Assembly (NCBI GenBank): GCA_951406725.2
Contig: OX597818.1
Span: 19,592,001 to 19,656,000 of the forward strand
Direction: 5' to 3'
Source of the DNA: Octopus vulgaris
Taxonomy: Eukaryota
DNA length: 64,000 nucleotides
A model generated the notes under the pieces. That model made no database searches. It saw nothing but the letters and a program-made list of their open reading frames with translations, and was not told where the DNA came from. Below, in pieces: positions 63,266-64,000 of this stretch; positions within the stretch are counted from its first letter, which is position 1, and the number at the start of each line of letters is the position of its first letter. The translations under genes and the position numbers were made by a program.

Positions 63266-63533
63266 GTAAATGGGCAGGCAGGCAGACAAACAGAGATGTG
63301 TGGGTGGGTGTTTGTTTGTGTCTGAGGGAGGGAGAGAGAGAGAGGGGGAGAAACACAGACTGACAGACAAATACGCAGACAGACAGACAGACACGCACGC
63401 GGGCAGACAGGCAAATGGGCGGGCAGGTAGGCAGACAGGCAGACAAACAAAGAGAGTGTGTCTGTGTTGTGTGTGTGTGTGTATGTGAGAGAGAGAGAGA
63501 GAGAGATAGAGAGAGAAAGAGAGAGAGAAAGAT

Positions 63534-63580
<47 letters not shown>

Positions 63581-63610
63581 ACGAAAGTAAGAAAGAGAAA
63601 GAGAGGTAGA
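62850..63610. repeat. Compound purine-rich microsatellite region (GACA/GGCA/GA/GAAA)n
   Basis: Direct reading. Confidence 0.9.
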
Positions 63611-63982
63611 GAGAAGTTTGATGAGGGGAGCAGGTATTTAGTTCGTATCCTGTCGCATTTGCTGTGGTGTCTAGTAACACCGTCGGCCAGGGTATCTTCA
63701 CCTGTATGCAGGCCTTGACCAGGTTTCTTTTCTGGAAGACTTGCAGATGCCTACATATTCATGTTGCTCCTCTTCACGCTGCCAGTGTTCTCCAAGAGGA
63801 AGGCGAAGACCGCCGACCTAAAGTGTCCACGCATGAAAACAAAAAGTGATTGGTAAGAGGTCTCCCAACAAGATTTCAGCTTCGATTGATCTTCCTCCCA
63901 TCCATCTTTATTGCAAAGAAACATTTTTTTTAATTTAAAAAGAAAGCTATTAAAGAGAATGCAATTTTAAAAAAAGTAAAGT

Positions 63983-64000
63983 TGCATCGGCCGGGAATCG
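63983..64000 (-). tRNA. tRNA-Gly 3' end, cut by the window edge
   Basis: TGCATCGGCCGGGAATCG, identical to the 3' end of the other copies; anticodon not visible. Confidence 0.7.

Noticed and set aside
63640-63900. Possible second degenerate zinc-knuckle ORF1 fragment (minus strand)
   Set aside because: Cys/His spacing is not intact and the frame is broken.

Overview
AT-rich, microsatellite-saturated eukaryotic DNA. The SINE, LINE and Penelope content suggests an octopus (cephalopod) genome; this is inferred from repeat families, not from a database match. Nearly all ORF-track entries are translations of simple repeats or SINEs. One host protein-coding gene is supported: a two-coding-exon small heat-shock protein with two alpha-crystallin domains (25858-26166 + 33242-33757, 274 aa, p40/major-egg-antigen-like). 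A minus-strand tRNA-Gly cluster at 53.6-64 kb holds GCC and CCC genes plus many decayed copies in diverged ~2 kb tandem units. Mobile elements include a very young non-coding LTR element (514-bp LTRs, CATC TSD, tRNA-Trp PBS), Penelope-like elements (Naiad-like with an inverted pseudo-LTR; Neptune-like), CR1-, RTE- and RLE-type LINE remnants, three non-autonomous Helitrons, HINE- and MITE-type elements and many tRNA-derived SINEs. Most notable: (1) a dispersed set of minimal type I hammerhead-ribozyme-like folds from several Penelope-associated families, with 0-1 nt stem III loops and recurrent core variants; (2) a near-perfect 564-bp-arm palindrome inside the sHSP intron; (3) a LINE-SINE shared 3' stem-loop; (4) SINE-into-SINE tandem insertions with an apparently long, homology-assisted target duplication. 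All alignments and folds were done by eye.
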